Below, piece after piece: positions 41,991 through 54,533 of a stretch of DNA of 64,000 bases; position 1 is the first letter of the stretch; the number at the start of each line of letters is the position of its first letter. Origin of the DNA: Eledone cirrhosa. Its lineage: Eukaryota. The DNA lies in NCBI GenBank assembly GCA_964016885.1, contig OZ024756.1, forward strand, positions 26,226,001 through 26,290,000, in the 5' to 3' direction. Below the pieces are notes generated by a model that was given only the letters and a program-made list of their open reading frames with translations, did not search any database and had not been told where the DNA came from. Both the position numbers and the translations under genes were made by a program.

Positions 41991-43099
41991 CAGCCTCAAT
42001 AATTGTTTCTACTTTTGAGACAAGGCCAGCAATTACCTCAGTGCATTACTGGTACTTTATTTTATCGACCCTGTAAGAATAAAAGGCAAAGCTAACCTCG
42101 GCATGATTTGAAAACAGAACCTAAAGGGACGTAACTCTATGTTGCAAAGCTGCGTACAGTTTATCATTTTTTATCCCCTTAGTAAAATAAGTTGGATTAC
42201 TTTGAATAAATAATGAATGAATATTACATAATTTATCTACTAAATTTCATGGCTGTTCATTAAATATATTTTATTACTTATTTAAAGTTTCACTTCTTTA
42301 AAATTTTCAAATGTCAACACTTAAATAAATATTCATATATTTCTGTCACTAATTTTCTCCTAATGCAGTTTATATATAATATCGTCTTTTTTAAATATAT
42401 CATGGATTACGTTACTGATTACATAAGACAGTGTAACACGGTCTTCGTTCTATTTCTGTGTATATTGTCAATTACGATTTTATTTGATGTATCATATCTA
42501 CATGTATATATAATTGCTTATAATATCAATATATACACTACACGGTGGTTTTTCTGCTAGAATGGGTATATTTATAATAATAATAATAATAATTTCTTTA
42601 TTGGCCACATAGGGCTGACATTAAGGAAACATCAAAGTTGATACAGGATGATACAGTGTTTTTTTTTGTGTAAAATAAAATTATAACAGAGACTAAGAAA
42701 ATAAATATTTAAAAAACAAACATACATTCCCCAAAAGTGAAGAGATTCCAAGGGTTACTCATGTAGAAATCCCACAAAAGCCACGGTCACCCTATTCACT
42801 AGGGCAAAGTGCCCCCTCAAGGCAAGCCCATTCACCCAGATCATGCTCATCATTCTCTCTCACCTTTCAACAAACTGGTTAGGAGGCAACACTTCCCTCT
42901 CAACCCTCATTTTCCTCTTAGAATAATGTTTAGAAAAACTAAAAGAATAATATTGTCTTTATTGACAACAAATGGTTTGCAAAAACTACATTAAGGACAG
43001 CACATGACAGTACAATGTGGGTTTCTACGTGTAGAAAATGAGCATACAATAAAAATGAAGGATGTAGCAAAAATAAAAACAAAAGAAAATTCCCCAATA

Positions 43100-43472
43100 G
43101 TGTCTTTTATTAAAAATATTGTAATGAAAGGGTTAATGACATAGGTAGTGTCTTTTATTAGAAATATGGTAATGAAAGAGTTATAGACATAGGGAATGTC
43201 TTTCATTAGAAATATGGCAATGAAAGGGTTAATGACATAGGTAGTGTCTTTTATTAGAAATATTGTAATGAAAGGGTTAATGACATAGACAGTGTCTTTC
43301 ATTAGAAATATGGCAATGAAAGGGTTAAAGATATAGACAGTGTCTTTCATTAGAAATATGGCAATGAAAGGGTTAAAGATATAGACAGTGTCTTTCATTA
43401 GAAATATGGCAATGAAAGGGTTAAAGATATAGACAGTGTCTTTCATTAGAAATATGGCAATGAAAGGGTTAA
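43100..43472. repeat. 48-bp minisatellite, same family as 36870-38115
   Basis: About 8 units, same orientation. Confidence 0.93.
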
Positions 43473-43660
43473 TCCTCAACATTTCAGTATTATCTTTCTC
43501 TCTTACTTTTTTACGATCTTTCTCAATCTTTTACAATCTTTCTCCCAAATTTCTCTCTTTCTCACTTTTTCTCTGTCTATTTCTTAATCTTTCCCTCTCT
43601 CCATCTCTCTCCCACGTTTTCTCAATCAATCTTTCAATTTCTATCTCTCTTTCTCTTTCT

Positions 43661-44350
43661 TGGCCCGGGACCTATGGACAACTTCCAGAGGTCCCCGGCC
43701 TGGCAGTGCTACCGAGGGGCGCTGCCCGTTGGAGAAAAGCTCTACAGACATGGGCGCCCGGGTAGGGACCCCTCGAAAAAAATCTGTCCCAGATGCATGC
43801 GCGATGAAGAAACCGTTGCGCACGCATTGGTACACTGCTCGGACGTTGCCGATCTGTGGGGCTATGTCGAAGGAGAGGCGGTCTTTCTCTGTGTAATAGC
43901 CATGGTGAAAGAGGTGGTATGGTGGACACGTTTGAAAGGGCTGAGGTCGGACACCTTTCTCTCCGGCCAACAACTGATCCTTTTCTTTAAATACCATTTT
44001 AAGAGAAGGATCAGAATGGAGAGAGAGGTGCCCTACCCCAGCAAGTTTTATGAAAGGTGGGTGAAAGTAGCGAGAATGGCCCGTGTGAATGGACCTTCTC
44101 TCTTTATCAGCCTGTCGGTGGAAAGGTGGAAGTGCAAAGGAGCACCACCTCTCTGTGCTCCTAAGGAAAAGGGTTGCACACTTTTTCGGGGTGTGTGTAA
44201 CCCCTAAAAACGCTTCCTCCCTATTGAGGACTGTATTGTTAATTTTATATTTGTTATTTCTTTTTTTACTCGTTCCTTTTTGTAACCCCCCCCCCCCCCC
44301 CCCCCTTGTATTTGTCCCCTTCTTTTGTGCCCTCGTGGCAAATAAATAGA
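43661..44350 (+). mobile_element. Tx1/L1-clade LINE 3' fragment
   Basis: zf-RVT knuckle GALPV...CPRC..EETVAHALVHC..LW. 3'UTR ending in AATAAA. Related ends at ~16400-16755 (-), ~42592-42920 (-), possibly ~61720-61990. Confidence 0.75.
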
Positions 44351-44405
44351 AAGTTATCTCTTTTTCTCTCTCTCTTACTCTCTGGCTCTTTTTTTTACAG
44401 AAAAG

Positions 44406-44495
44406 ATGGCTCGCAGCCTATTCAGAATTCAACTGAAGATGTTGATAAAGAGGAATTTCTTTTTAAGAATTCGCGAAAAAAAAATGCTTGTGATG
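44406..44495 (+). CDS. ABCA-subfamily transporter (ABCA5-like), first coding exon
   Basis: Acceptor ttttacag at 44400. MARSLFRIQLKMLIKRNFFLRIR matches the ABCA N-terminal QL..LL.KN...R motif. Donor ATG|gtaagt, phase 0. Confidence 0.85.
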
Positions 44496-44739
44496 GTAAG
44501 TTACCATTTATGTTACCATGAATACAACAGACAAACACCCCACCCTCACTAACGCACCATCACACCCATATACATATACATGGCATATATATATATACAT
44601 GCATATATATATATTTCTTCCACTCTGACTCTCTCTCTCTCTCTCTCTCCCTCTCTCTATCACTCTCTCTCTATATATATATCTATTTATGTGTGTATGT
44701 GTGTGTGTCCATATATACATGTATATACATGTATATATA

Positions 44740-46690
44740 ATAATAATGAAATTATTGTGTAAAGTGCTCAGGTGCACTACAACTCGTCAATATAGTACAT
44801 AGAATAATACACAAATGTCAGGGAAGTACATGTGTGTATGTGTTAGCTGTTCTGTTGGCGGATCTCGGGAAGCATGGAGGCCTTAAAGGATGCAGTGTCT
44901 CGACAGCTAACAACCGATGCAGGTAGTTTGTTCCATGCTTCAGCAACTCTGAGCGTGAAAAAATGTTTCCGAAAGTCATGGGAACTGTGCTGTTTTCTTA
45001 CTTTGTGGGCATGTCCACGTGTGTTAGACACATGGAAATCGAAAAGGTACTCAGGGTTGTTGTTGGCAACATGGTTAACAATTTTGTGGGTGTTTACCAA
45101 GTCAGTTGCCAGGCGTCGGAGCTTCAATGAATCCATGCCCAGGGAAGCAAGGCGCTCAGAGTATGGTAGATGCCTGATGGAGGGTATTCGCTTGGTTGCA
45201 CGTCTCTGAACAGTTTCCAGGCGGTCAATGTCCTGAGCAAGATAGGGGTTCCAGACTGGTGATGCAAATTCTAAGTGTGGTCGCACCATAGCTGTATACA
45301 GCCTTAAATAGATATCTGAAGAGTGGCTGACAAAGGTCTTGCTGAGTGATGCTAAGACACCCTCGGCCCTCTTGACAATTTTAGAGACGTGCCTCGTCCA
45401 ACGCAAATCGCTGCTGACCGTAATGCCCAGGTCACGTTCACAGGAAGACTTCTTGATATTAGTGTTGTGGAGGGAGTATGTGGACGCTGGGTTTTTACTC
45501 CCAAAATGCATGGTGGTGCACTTGTCCACAGCTAGCTTGAGTTGCCAGTCTGAGATCCACTGTTGCATTGTGTCCAGGTCAGACTGCAAGCAAGATCTAT
45601 AGTGTTCAGGATCTGTCCTTTTTATCTCAAGGTACAGCTTGATGTCGTCTGCATACTTTAGTACTGTGGCATTCCTTAAGTTGGCATCTATGTCATTAAT
45701 ATATGCCACAAACAAAAGGGGGCCAAGAACAGATCCCTGAGGTACACCAGATGACATCTCATATGGTGAGGAATGCTGTCCCAGAACTGTGACTACCTCT
45801 CTTCGACTGAGAATGAAGGACTTCAACCAGTTAAAAAGATCATCCTTCACACCCATTGCAGAGAGTTTTGCCCAGAATTGAAGGCCTTCGCAAAGTCAAG
45901 GTAAACAACATCCACCCATGAGCCGCCATCAGTGATCCGGGTGATGTCCTCAAGAAACTCTATAAGTTGATCACAGCAGCTGGAGTTGGGGATAAATTCA
46001 AATTGCGAGGGCCGGATAAGACTGTGAGAGCTCCAGAAGTTCCAAAGTGTTTCTCTGACACAGGATTCCATCAGTTTGGCGATGCAACTAGTAAGACTGA
46101 CTGGACGATAGTTCACAGGTGATGTGCGGTCACCCTTTTTGAACAGAGGAATGACACTGGCAGTTTTCCACTGTTCTGGAGTAGCACTGTTGTTCAGACA
46201 GAATTGGAAGAAGTGTGATAACTGGTGTAGAAGGAAGTACCCACCACGTTTAAGAAGCAGGTACGTAACACCATCAAGACCAGGAGAGGCATGGTTGCGT
46301 TTATTTTTTAGGTGACGTCGCAGCATTGCAGGTGTAAATTCCATGGTTGTAATAGAGTCCGGTGTCATAGGTGGTGGAGATGGTACACTCTGGTCTTCAA
46401 TAGTGAAAATGCCTGCATAGCATTCAGCAATGAGCTCTGCGCATTCCTTGGGGTCGTCAGTAACCTGGCTTGTGTGGGGATTGCGAAGAGGACCAACTGG
46501 AGAGTGAGGCCTCTGCTTTGAGTGAACATACTTCCAGAACACCTTACTGTCAGGGCTGGTTGCTATGCGCTGCTCAAATTGAAGCACTGCCTTTTTTGTC
46601 ACCTGTTTGAGGTGGTTGGACGATCTATTTCGCCTTTGATAGGTTTCAGTCAGAATTGACCCTGTCCCTGTCTAACTTAATAGCACCACT
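44740..46690 (-). mobile_element. 5'-truncated CR1-clade LINE (frameshifted RT)
   Basis: NYRPVSLTS, YLDFAKAF, SGVPQGSVLGPLLF, YADD, VRPHLEFASPVWNPY, TRGH. Frameshift or deletion near 45870. (TTA)n tail. Confidence 0.9.
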
Positions 46691-46692
46691 TG

Positions 46693-46782
<90 letters not shown>

Positions 46783-47135
46783 ATAGGAAAATGTTTAACC
46801 ACGACGGCAGAGCTCAAGCCGTTTCGACGGCTATTTCTGGATATATATATGTATATATATCGTGTAGGTGTCACGACAAAAAAACACACAGTCCACGCTG
46901 TAATGTGGCCGTGTAGGCAACATGGTAAAAACCTCCCAGACCCACACTGTAAATGTGGTTGGTGTTAGGAAGGGCATCCAACTGTAGAAAACCTGCCAGA
47001 CAGTCCTATGCGAGCAAGACAATCACTCTTGCCTCAAGTGGGAATACCCCCGTCCAAACCCATGCAAGCGTGGAACACGGACGTTAAACGTTGATGATGA
47101 TGATGATGATGATATATAGATATATATGTATATAT

Positions 47136-47310
47136 ACAGTGAAATTCTTTTATAACAAAATTCACGGGGTTTTAAAAAAAAATTTCTTGTAACTAAAAAT
47201 TCTTTATAATGAGATTGACCTAACACATTAACTGTGTGGCCGGGTGATTGAAAAAACATGTTGTAATACTAAAAATGTTGTTATAATGGTATTCATTATA
47301 ATTTTACCTG
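47136..47310. mobile_element. pogo/Tigger-like MITE
   Basis: TACAGTGAAATTCTTTTATAAC ... AATTTTACCTG ends. Related copy at ~6660-6830. Confidence 0.55.
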
Positions 47311-47312
47311 TG

Positions 47313-47609
<297 letters not shown>

Positions 47610-47637
47610 TTATGATGTGCATATATATATATATATA

Positions 47638-47965
47638 TGGAGGCACATGGCTTAGTGGTTAGAGCATTGGCCTTGCAATCGAAAGGTTGTGAGTTCAATT
47701 CTCAGACCGGGTGATGTGTTGTTTCCTTGAGCAAGACACTTTATTTCACATTGCTCCAGTTTACTCAGCTGTAGAAATGAGATGATAGGGACTGGGGTCC
47801 CTATCATTCCACTGCAAAGTGGTCGTGGAGGTGCCACGGCAAAAAAGCACCCAGCACTCACTGTAAATGAGGTTGGTGTTAGGAAGGGCATCCAGCTGTA
47901 GAAATCAAGCCAGAATCAGTTCCCATCCCACCCTTGCAAGCAGGGAAAAGCGGACGTAAAATGAA
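47638..47965 (+). mobile_element. tRNA-derived CORE-like SINE with RTE-LINE 3' tail
   Basis: A box TGGCTTAGTGG, B box GAGTTCAATT, CCTTGAGCAAGACACTT core. Tail matches the 3'UTR of the RTE at ~52360-52600. Truncated twin at 49245-49515; heads also at 25360-25480, ~19340-19465 (-), ~56010-56110 (-). Confidence 0.8.
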
Positions 47966-48022
47966 AAAAAAAAAAAATATATATATATATATATACTTAT
48001 GATGTGCATATATATATATATA

Positions 48023-48286
48023 TATATATATGGATGTATATATAATGTATTTTGCAATACACTTTATGCTTAATTAAAAGCATTTTGAAGACCGTAAGCT
48101 ATTGTTTTAAAGTAGTGACAAATTCACTCACTTTGATCTCAGCAAACCTCCTCTCTCCCCTGTTTGCTGAGATCAAAGTGAGTGAATTTGTCACTACTTT
48201 AAAACAATAGCTTACAGTCTTCAAAATGCTTTTAATTAAGCATAAAGTGTATTGCAAAATACATTATATATACATCCATATATATA
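48023..48286. repeat. fold-back inverted repeat (~125-bp arms)
   Basis: One visible mismatch, 14-nt loop, flanked by (TA)n. Confidence 0.92.
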
Positions 48287-48306
48287 TTGCTATTTCAGAG
48301 CTCCAA

Positions 48307-48363
<57 letters not shown>

Positions 48364-48467
48364 TATTTTATAGTATTAACAGAAAATGCAAACAGAAAAA
48401 CAGTTACATAAGACAGTACGTCTACCTCATTGCTGGTGTGAAATTTATACATGAATATATATGTATG

Positions 48468-48523
<56 letters not shown>

Positions 48524-48570
48524 GTATTATGTATATATGCATGTATGTATGTATATATGTATATATATAT

Positions 48571-49177
48571 GTCAGGTTACCAGTTGGTGCTACTGGTAAC
48601 ATGTATCCCAGTACAACCTGTCTCATGGTTGGGTCGTTGACGACTAAACTGGCAACCCCACCAAGGTTTCTTGGTGAGGAGGGTGACTTTGGACATCCTG
48701 CAGACTAAAAACAAAACCTGTCAAAGGGCAAAGGAGCTCTTAAGAGTCAATGGCCATCCAAAATCACTGGGAGAGATGACCCCTTAGCCTTTGTCAAGGC
48801 AGAATTCTAGGAGAAGGAAAACTCTGATATAACACCTGCAACCCTGATGGTATCCAATGATGTTGACTTGTTCTTCTTTTTGGTAAATATCACCTTGGTT
48901 AAGAGAGTGGGACTGGCCTTGTGCAGTGCTTTGCTCACTATAAAAGCTTCACGGCACAGGCATTGCTTTATATCTGAAGATCTCTCTGCACTTGTCGTCA
49001 CATGGTACCATGGGCCCACCACTATGTGTCAATAATTGTCACAAGTGTAGTGTTTGTACCAGAGTTTTCAAGTCGCTGGCTGGACTAAAAAGTCACACTC
49101 GTTCAGCGCATCGGTAGGGGTTCTCCTACATGGATATAAAGTAGTGGCCGTACTCGAAAACGAGTTGGCAGCCACCA
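48571..49177 (+). mobile_element. non-autonomous bipartite RTE-derived element
   Basis: RTE-like 5'UTR motif CTAGGAGAAGGAAAACTCTGA, terminal C2H2 finger KCSVCTRVFKSLAGLKSHTRSAH, and CTCGAAAACGAG 3' stem-loop. Copies at 13073-13709 (-), 3938-4388 (-), 40404-40675, 39521-39712, 60505-60689. Confidence 0.7.
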
Positions 49178-49206
49178 TATATGTATATATATATATATAT
49201 ATAAAT

Positions 49207-49244
<38 letters not shown>

Positions 49245-49855
49245 GTGATGTGTTGTTTCCTTGAGCAAGACACTTTATTTCACATTGCTCCAGTTTACTC
49301 AGCTGTAGAAATGAGATGATAGGACTGAGTTCCCTATCATTCCACTGCAAAGTGGTCGTGGAGGTGCCACGGCAAAAAAGCACCCAGCACTCACTGTAAA
49401 TGAGGTTGGTGTTAGGAAGGGCATCCAGCTGTAGAAATCAAGCCAGAATCAGTTCCCGTCCCACCCTTGCAAGCAGGGAAAAACGGACGTAAAATGAAAT
49501 GATAAAATGATGATGATATATATATATATATATAAATAAATAATTCAAAACTCAATAAGTCCAAGGATTAGTATTATTTTTATTTATTTATACATCTACG
49601 GTCGTTTCAATGCAACTATAGTAACACTGTAAGGCTGGCCTAGAACACTAATTACCCCAACACTGGCTTTGGATGAGGGCACATGTTTCTGTGGAATACT
49701 CAGCCACTTATATGCTATTTCAATGAATATTGACAAAGGCCCTATGTGCTAGATTTCAGTAAGAAACTGCTATATTTTATTCATTTCATGTCTGTAGAAT
49801 TTATTTTCAAAATGAATGTTTGACTTACTCTCCTTGTGTCTCCCTTCATTCACAG

Positions 49856-50225
49856 GACATCGTCACACCTATCATATACATGGTTTCCTTAATAGTTGTA
49901 ATGAAATTTATACGACCTGAAGCTCTCCCGCCGATGCCTCTGTCATTTCCCAAAAAGCTCCCCAATCAATTCAATTACAGCATTCTGTACACACCGAACA
50001 CAAACGAAACGAGAACTATAATGGAAGAGTTCGTAAAGGACATTTCTAATACAACAATTATTACAGCATTGGATACTGTTGAAGAGATGGAAGAGAGATA
50101 CAAGGAGTTAAAGAATGTCAAGATGATTGGGGTTGTGTTCAACTCAGTTGGGAATGGAACTCAAATCACATACTCACTCCGTTTTTCTGATGGTATCGTG
50201 CCAGACAAAAAGACTGGTGTAATTA
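49856..50225 (+). CDS. ABCA transporter exon 2 (TM1 and extracellular domain)
   Basis: Acceptor ttcacag. DIVTPIIYMVSL...ILYTPNTNET...GVVF...YSLRF. Donor A|gtaagt, phase 1. Confidence 0.88.
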
Positions 50226-50263
50226 GTAAGTTCTGATTGATTTTCATTTTCACACATGCACAA

Positions 50264-52625
50264 TAAGGATGATGAAGCAGTCAAGGCCAAGAGACAGGCA
50301 TGGAAAGAATGGAAGAACGGGGGGAGCAGGGTACATTACATAGAGACCAAGAGGGAAGCTAGGCGACAAGTATACTTAGCTAGGAGGGAAGCAGAGGATA
50401 GAAAATTCAAGCATGTTTTACAACGTGAGGACCAGAAACAGGAGGTATTCAAGATTGCGAGGCAGTGTGTCAGAGATAGTTGTGATGTCATTGGAGAGAA
50501 GTGTATCCGGAATGATAAAGGTGAGCTTGCCCTCACAAGTGCTGAGAAGAAAGATGCATGGAAGAGTCATTATGATAGATTACTAAATGAGGAGAATGCA
50601 TGGGAAGAAGAGACCCTACCCCACGTAGACCCTATAGAGGGACCAGCAGTACAAGTCAGCGGCAGCGTAGTAAGTAAGGCAATCAGAGATATGAAGATAG
50701 GGAAGGCAACCGGTCCATCGGGTATAGCTGCCGAGATGCTGAAGGCATCTGGGTCTGTAGGTCACACTATAACCACACGTATCGTTAACCAGGTAATACT
50801 AGAGGGGGCCATACCAAAAGATTGGTGCAGTAGCATCATTGTCAACTGCTACAAAGGTAAAGGCGATGCACTAGATAGAGGAAACTATAGAGGTATAAAG
50901 TTGATGGACCAGGTCATGAAAGTAACAGAAAGAGTTATAGCACAGCTGATTAGGGACCGGGTGAATATAGACGAGATGCAATTTGGGTTTGTACCAGGGA
51001 AAGGCACCACTGATGCCCTCTTCCTTGTGAGGCAATTACAGGAAAAGTACCTAGCTAAAAGTAAGCCACTCTACTTGGCATTTGTCGACCTTGAGAAAGC
51101 CTTTGACAGAGTTCCACGTGCAGTAATCTGGTGGGCTCTTAGAAAACTAGGAGTAGATGAATGGCTTGTGAAAGCGGTACAAGCCATGTATAGGGGAGCA
51201 GTCAGCAAAGTTAGGATTGGCAATGAGTATAGCGAGGAATTTAGCGTACAGGTTGGGGTCCACCAGGGCTCTGTTCTTAGCCCTCTCCTGTTCATCATAG
51301 TCCTGCAGGCAATAACGGAGGAGTTTAAGACCGGATGCCCATGGGAACTCCTGTATGCTGATGACCTCGCACTCATAGCTGAATCTATGGTAGAACTAGA
51401 GAATAAATTCCAAACCTGGAAGCAGGGACTAGAGAGAAAGGGCCTCAAAGTCAACATGACAAAGACTAAGGTCCTTATAAGTAGACGAGAAAACAGAACC
51501 CAGATCCCCTCAGGGAAATGGCCTTGCTCAGTATGTAGGAAAGGTGTAGGTAGGAACTCCATTCTCTGCCCCAAATGCAAACAATGGGTACACAAGAGAT
51601 GTAGCGGGATCTCAGGAAGCTTAATTAAGAATGTAGGATTCACATGCAGCAGCTGTGCTGAAACAGCAAGCAAACAGCCACAGGAAACAAGTACCACCAA
51701 TCTCTGGGAGGGCCCTGTAGAAACAGTAGACAGCTTCTGCTACCTAGGTGACCGAATTAGCAACGGAGGTGGGTGCTCAGAAAGTACAATAACTAGGGTA
51801 AGAACGGGATGGAAGAAGTTTAGGGAACTACTACCACTGCTAGCTGCAAAAGGCTTCTCCCTCAGAATGAAAGGCAGACTGTATGATGCGTGTATCCGAA
51901 CAGCGATGTTGCATGGTAGTGAGACCTGGGCGCTGAAGGTGGAAGACTTACGTAGATTAGAGAGAAACGAAGCCTGCATGCTCCGATGGATGTGTAACAG
52001 TAATATACGTGAACGACAAAGCATAAAGGAATTGAGAGAGAGACTGAGCATAAGAGGAATCAAATGCTGCGTGCAGGAGAGGCGGTTACGCTGGTATGGA
52101 CATGTGATGCGTATGAAGGATGACAGCTGCATAAAAAGGTGCAGAGCACTAGAAGTTGATGGAAACCGCGGAGTGGGGAGACCCAAGATGACTTGGGATG
52201 AGGTGATAAAAGCCGACCTTACCCAACTACACCTCTCAAAGTCAATGACACACGACCGTGACTTCTGGCGTCACGCAGTAATACAGGGTACCCGACCTCC
52301 CATGGGTACATGCTGAAGCATATAAACAATATGCCCCCCCCCCCCCCCCACCGCAAGGTGGTCGTGGAGGTGCCACGGCAAAAAAGCACCCAGCCCACAC
52401 TGTAAAGTGGACGTGTAGGCGCCACGAAAAAGCACCCAGCACTCACTGTAAATGAGGTTGGTGTTAGGAAGGGCATCCAGCTGTAGAAATCAAGCCAGAT
52501 CAGTTCCTGTATGAGCAAGGCATGGTCAGCCGACCAGACACTGCCCACAACAGGACAACCCGTCTAACCCATGCTAGCGTGGAAGAACGGACGTAAAACG
52601 GTGATGATGATGATGATGATGATGA
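50264..52625 (+). mobile_element. 5'-truncated RTE-clade LINE with uninterrupted RT ORF (50256-52316)
   Basis: NYRGIKL, QFGF, FVDLEKAFD, GVHQGSVLSPLLF, LYADD, RLRWYGHV. 3'UTR ends in (GAT)n. Candidate TSD acacatRcacaa at 50252-50263 and 52625-52636. Confidence 0.92.
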
Positions 52626-52649
52626 CACATACACAAACACAGTGTTACC

Positions 52650-52865
52650 TTAACCCTTTAGCATTTAAACCAGCCATATCCGGCCAGAATTCTCTCATCT
52701 TTTTCTGTTAAAACTGGCTATAACCAGCCACTCATACTGATATTAAAGTACTGTTCTCAAAATAAATAATATCAAAATCTCATAGATTTGATATTTTGTG
52801 AGATAAAGCCTTTACTACAAAAATACAATAGTAAATACAGAATAATGTAAATGCTAAAGGGTTAA
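52650..52865. mobile_element. piggyBac-type MITE
   Basis: TTAA TSD and CCCTTTAGCATTTA TIRs. Confidence 0.8.
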
Positions 52866-52990
52866 CTGAACTGTAAAATTACCCCTATGTCCCTTGGCAG
52901 TCAGCAATCTATTAGTTAGTGTCACCTGATTGCTAGTTTTAAGATCCAGCACGCTTCTTATTTCAACATATATTATATATTTTCTTCCAG

Positions 52991-53091
52991 TTGAAGAAAA
53001 CCAATGCTCGACAGAGATGTGTGACGCCTTTAAATATGTAAATTCAGGTTTTATTACATTGCAGACACGGCTGGACAGTCTACTATCAAAG
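52991..53091 (+). CDS. ABCA transporter exon 3
   Basis: Acceptor cttccag. CDAFKYVNSGFITLQTRLD (ABCA Y..SGF..LQ..ID motif). Donor AAG|gtatgt. Confidence 0.9.
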
Positions 53092-53110
53092 GTATGTGCA
53101 CACACATACA

Positions 53111-53147
<37 letters not shown>

Positions 53148-54218
53148 TGTATATGTATAGAAATAGAGGTAAACATTTAATTTATGTTGATCAAGCATAT
53201 GTATGTATGTTTTCTCTTTCTCTTAATTTCGAGTACATTTTTGGCCAGCCACCTCCCTGGTGGCAAGGTTGTAAAAGAAAAGAAATTGTCATTCCTTGAA
53301 TTGCAAGAATGTTTTACAAATTTTGAAGGCTATCGCAGTAGTCTATGAATTAAGGAGCTGCGCTCTTTGTCCACAAATTCAAGTCCAGTCATACTTTGGT
53401 CCAAGTGGGTTGGCATATAAACTGTAGCTCCATTAATGATGGGTATGGATCGGTTTGGTGTCTGAGCATACAGTTAGCGCACTGGAAGTGAGAGACCCCT
53501 AATTCTTGTTAGGACATGATTCTAGGAGAAGGAAAAACTCTGATGTAAAACCTGCAACTTGATGGCAGCAAATGATATTGACCTGTTTTTCACATACATC
53601 TATATATATATATATGTATATATGTATTTGTAAGTATACACACACATGTACATACATATACATGTATATTTATTTAAATATATATAATACCAGTCATTTA
53701 TGAGGGTTGATTTAATTGAATATATCTCCTCCCACAAACAGAGTGTGCAACAACGTTAGAATTACACAGATGAGAAGACATATTTGATATCTTATGAAAG
53801 ACACCTCATATATTCTTCAAATCATTTTGAAAATAATCAAGAATTTAGTAATATAACTAATTTTCTTGTTATCAATGTGATGTTTGGAACATAACTTAAC
53901 AAAGGTTCTTACATAAAATTGTAATGGATTTAAATATATATAAACACTTTAGTCTTTGTTAGTATGTTTCTAATGAGAGGACATACTTATGATTCTCAAC
54001 AAATTTTGAAAATTATCCAGAATTCGGAGTGCTTTAGTAATATAACTAATTTTCTCATTTATGTCTGGAACATAACTTAATAAATGTTATTACATAAAAT
54101 TATGAGGGAAGGTTTGTTTTTTTTAGATAAATATAAACAGTTACAAACAGTTTTACATCATAGAACCAGGAGCAATTATAATTTTTTACTACTTACTTTT
54201 TATTCATTTTACCCCTAG

Positions 54219-54448
54219 AAATTGAAACCAGGTGGGAATTACTTACAGACCCCTTCGATGTCAACTCAGATGATGCCGAAGGCCAAATACCACCAAAATC
54301 CAACATTAATTCTTAGCATAACATCGATTTATTTCATCGTGGCATTCTTAAGTTTCATCAATTCTCTTTGTACACATTTGGTTGTGGAGAAAGAAAAAAA
54401 AATTCGACCGACTATGCAAGCAATGGGATTACAGGAATCAGCATTTTG
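54219..54448 (+). CDS. ABCA transporter exon 4
   Basis: Acceptor cccctag. LVVEKEKKIRPTMQAMGLQESAFW (ABCA V.EKE..MGL motif). Donor TG|gttagt. Confidence 0.92.
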
Positions 54449-54533
54449 GTTAGTAACCTTATCTATTGTTTTTACACTTTTACTGGTTTCAGTGATTGTA
54501 TTTGGACCCAAGCTGGGGAATCACCTTATATAT

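Noticed and set aside
41479-42076. Ser-rich, Val-rich and Leu-rich ORFs
   Set aside because: Translations of a (TAG)n compound repeat.
48571-48710. HDV-like or twister ribozyme in the bipartite element 5' end
   Set aside because: A P1-like pairing exists, but I could not place P3/L3, P1.1 or the J4/2 catalytic C, nor twister consensus residues.
51071-52186. Antisense ORFs over LINEs (also 54904-55401, 44874-45602)
   Set aside because: Shadow frames of RT-coding sequence with no independent motifs.
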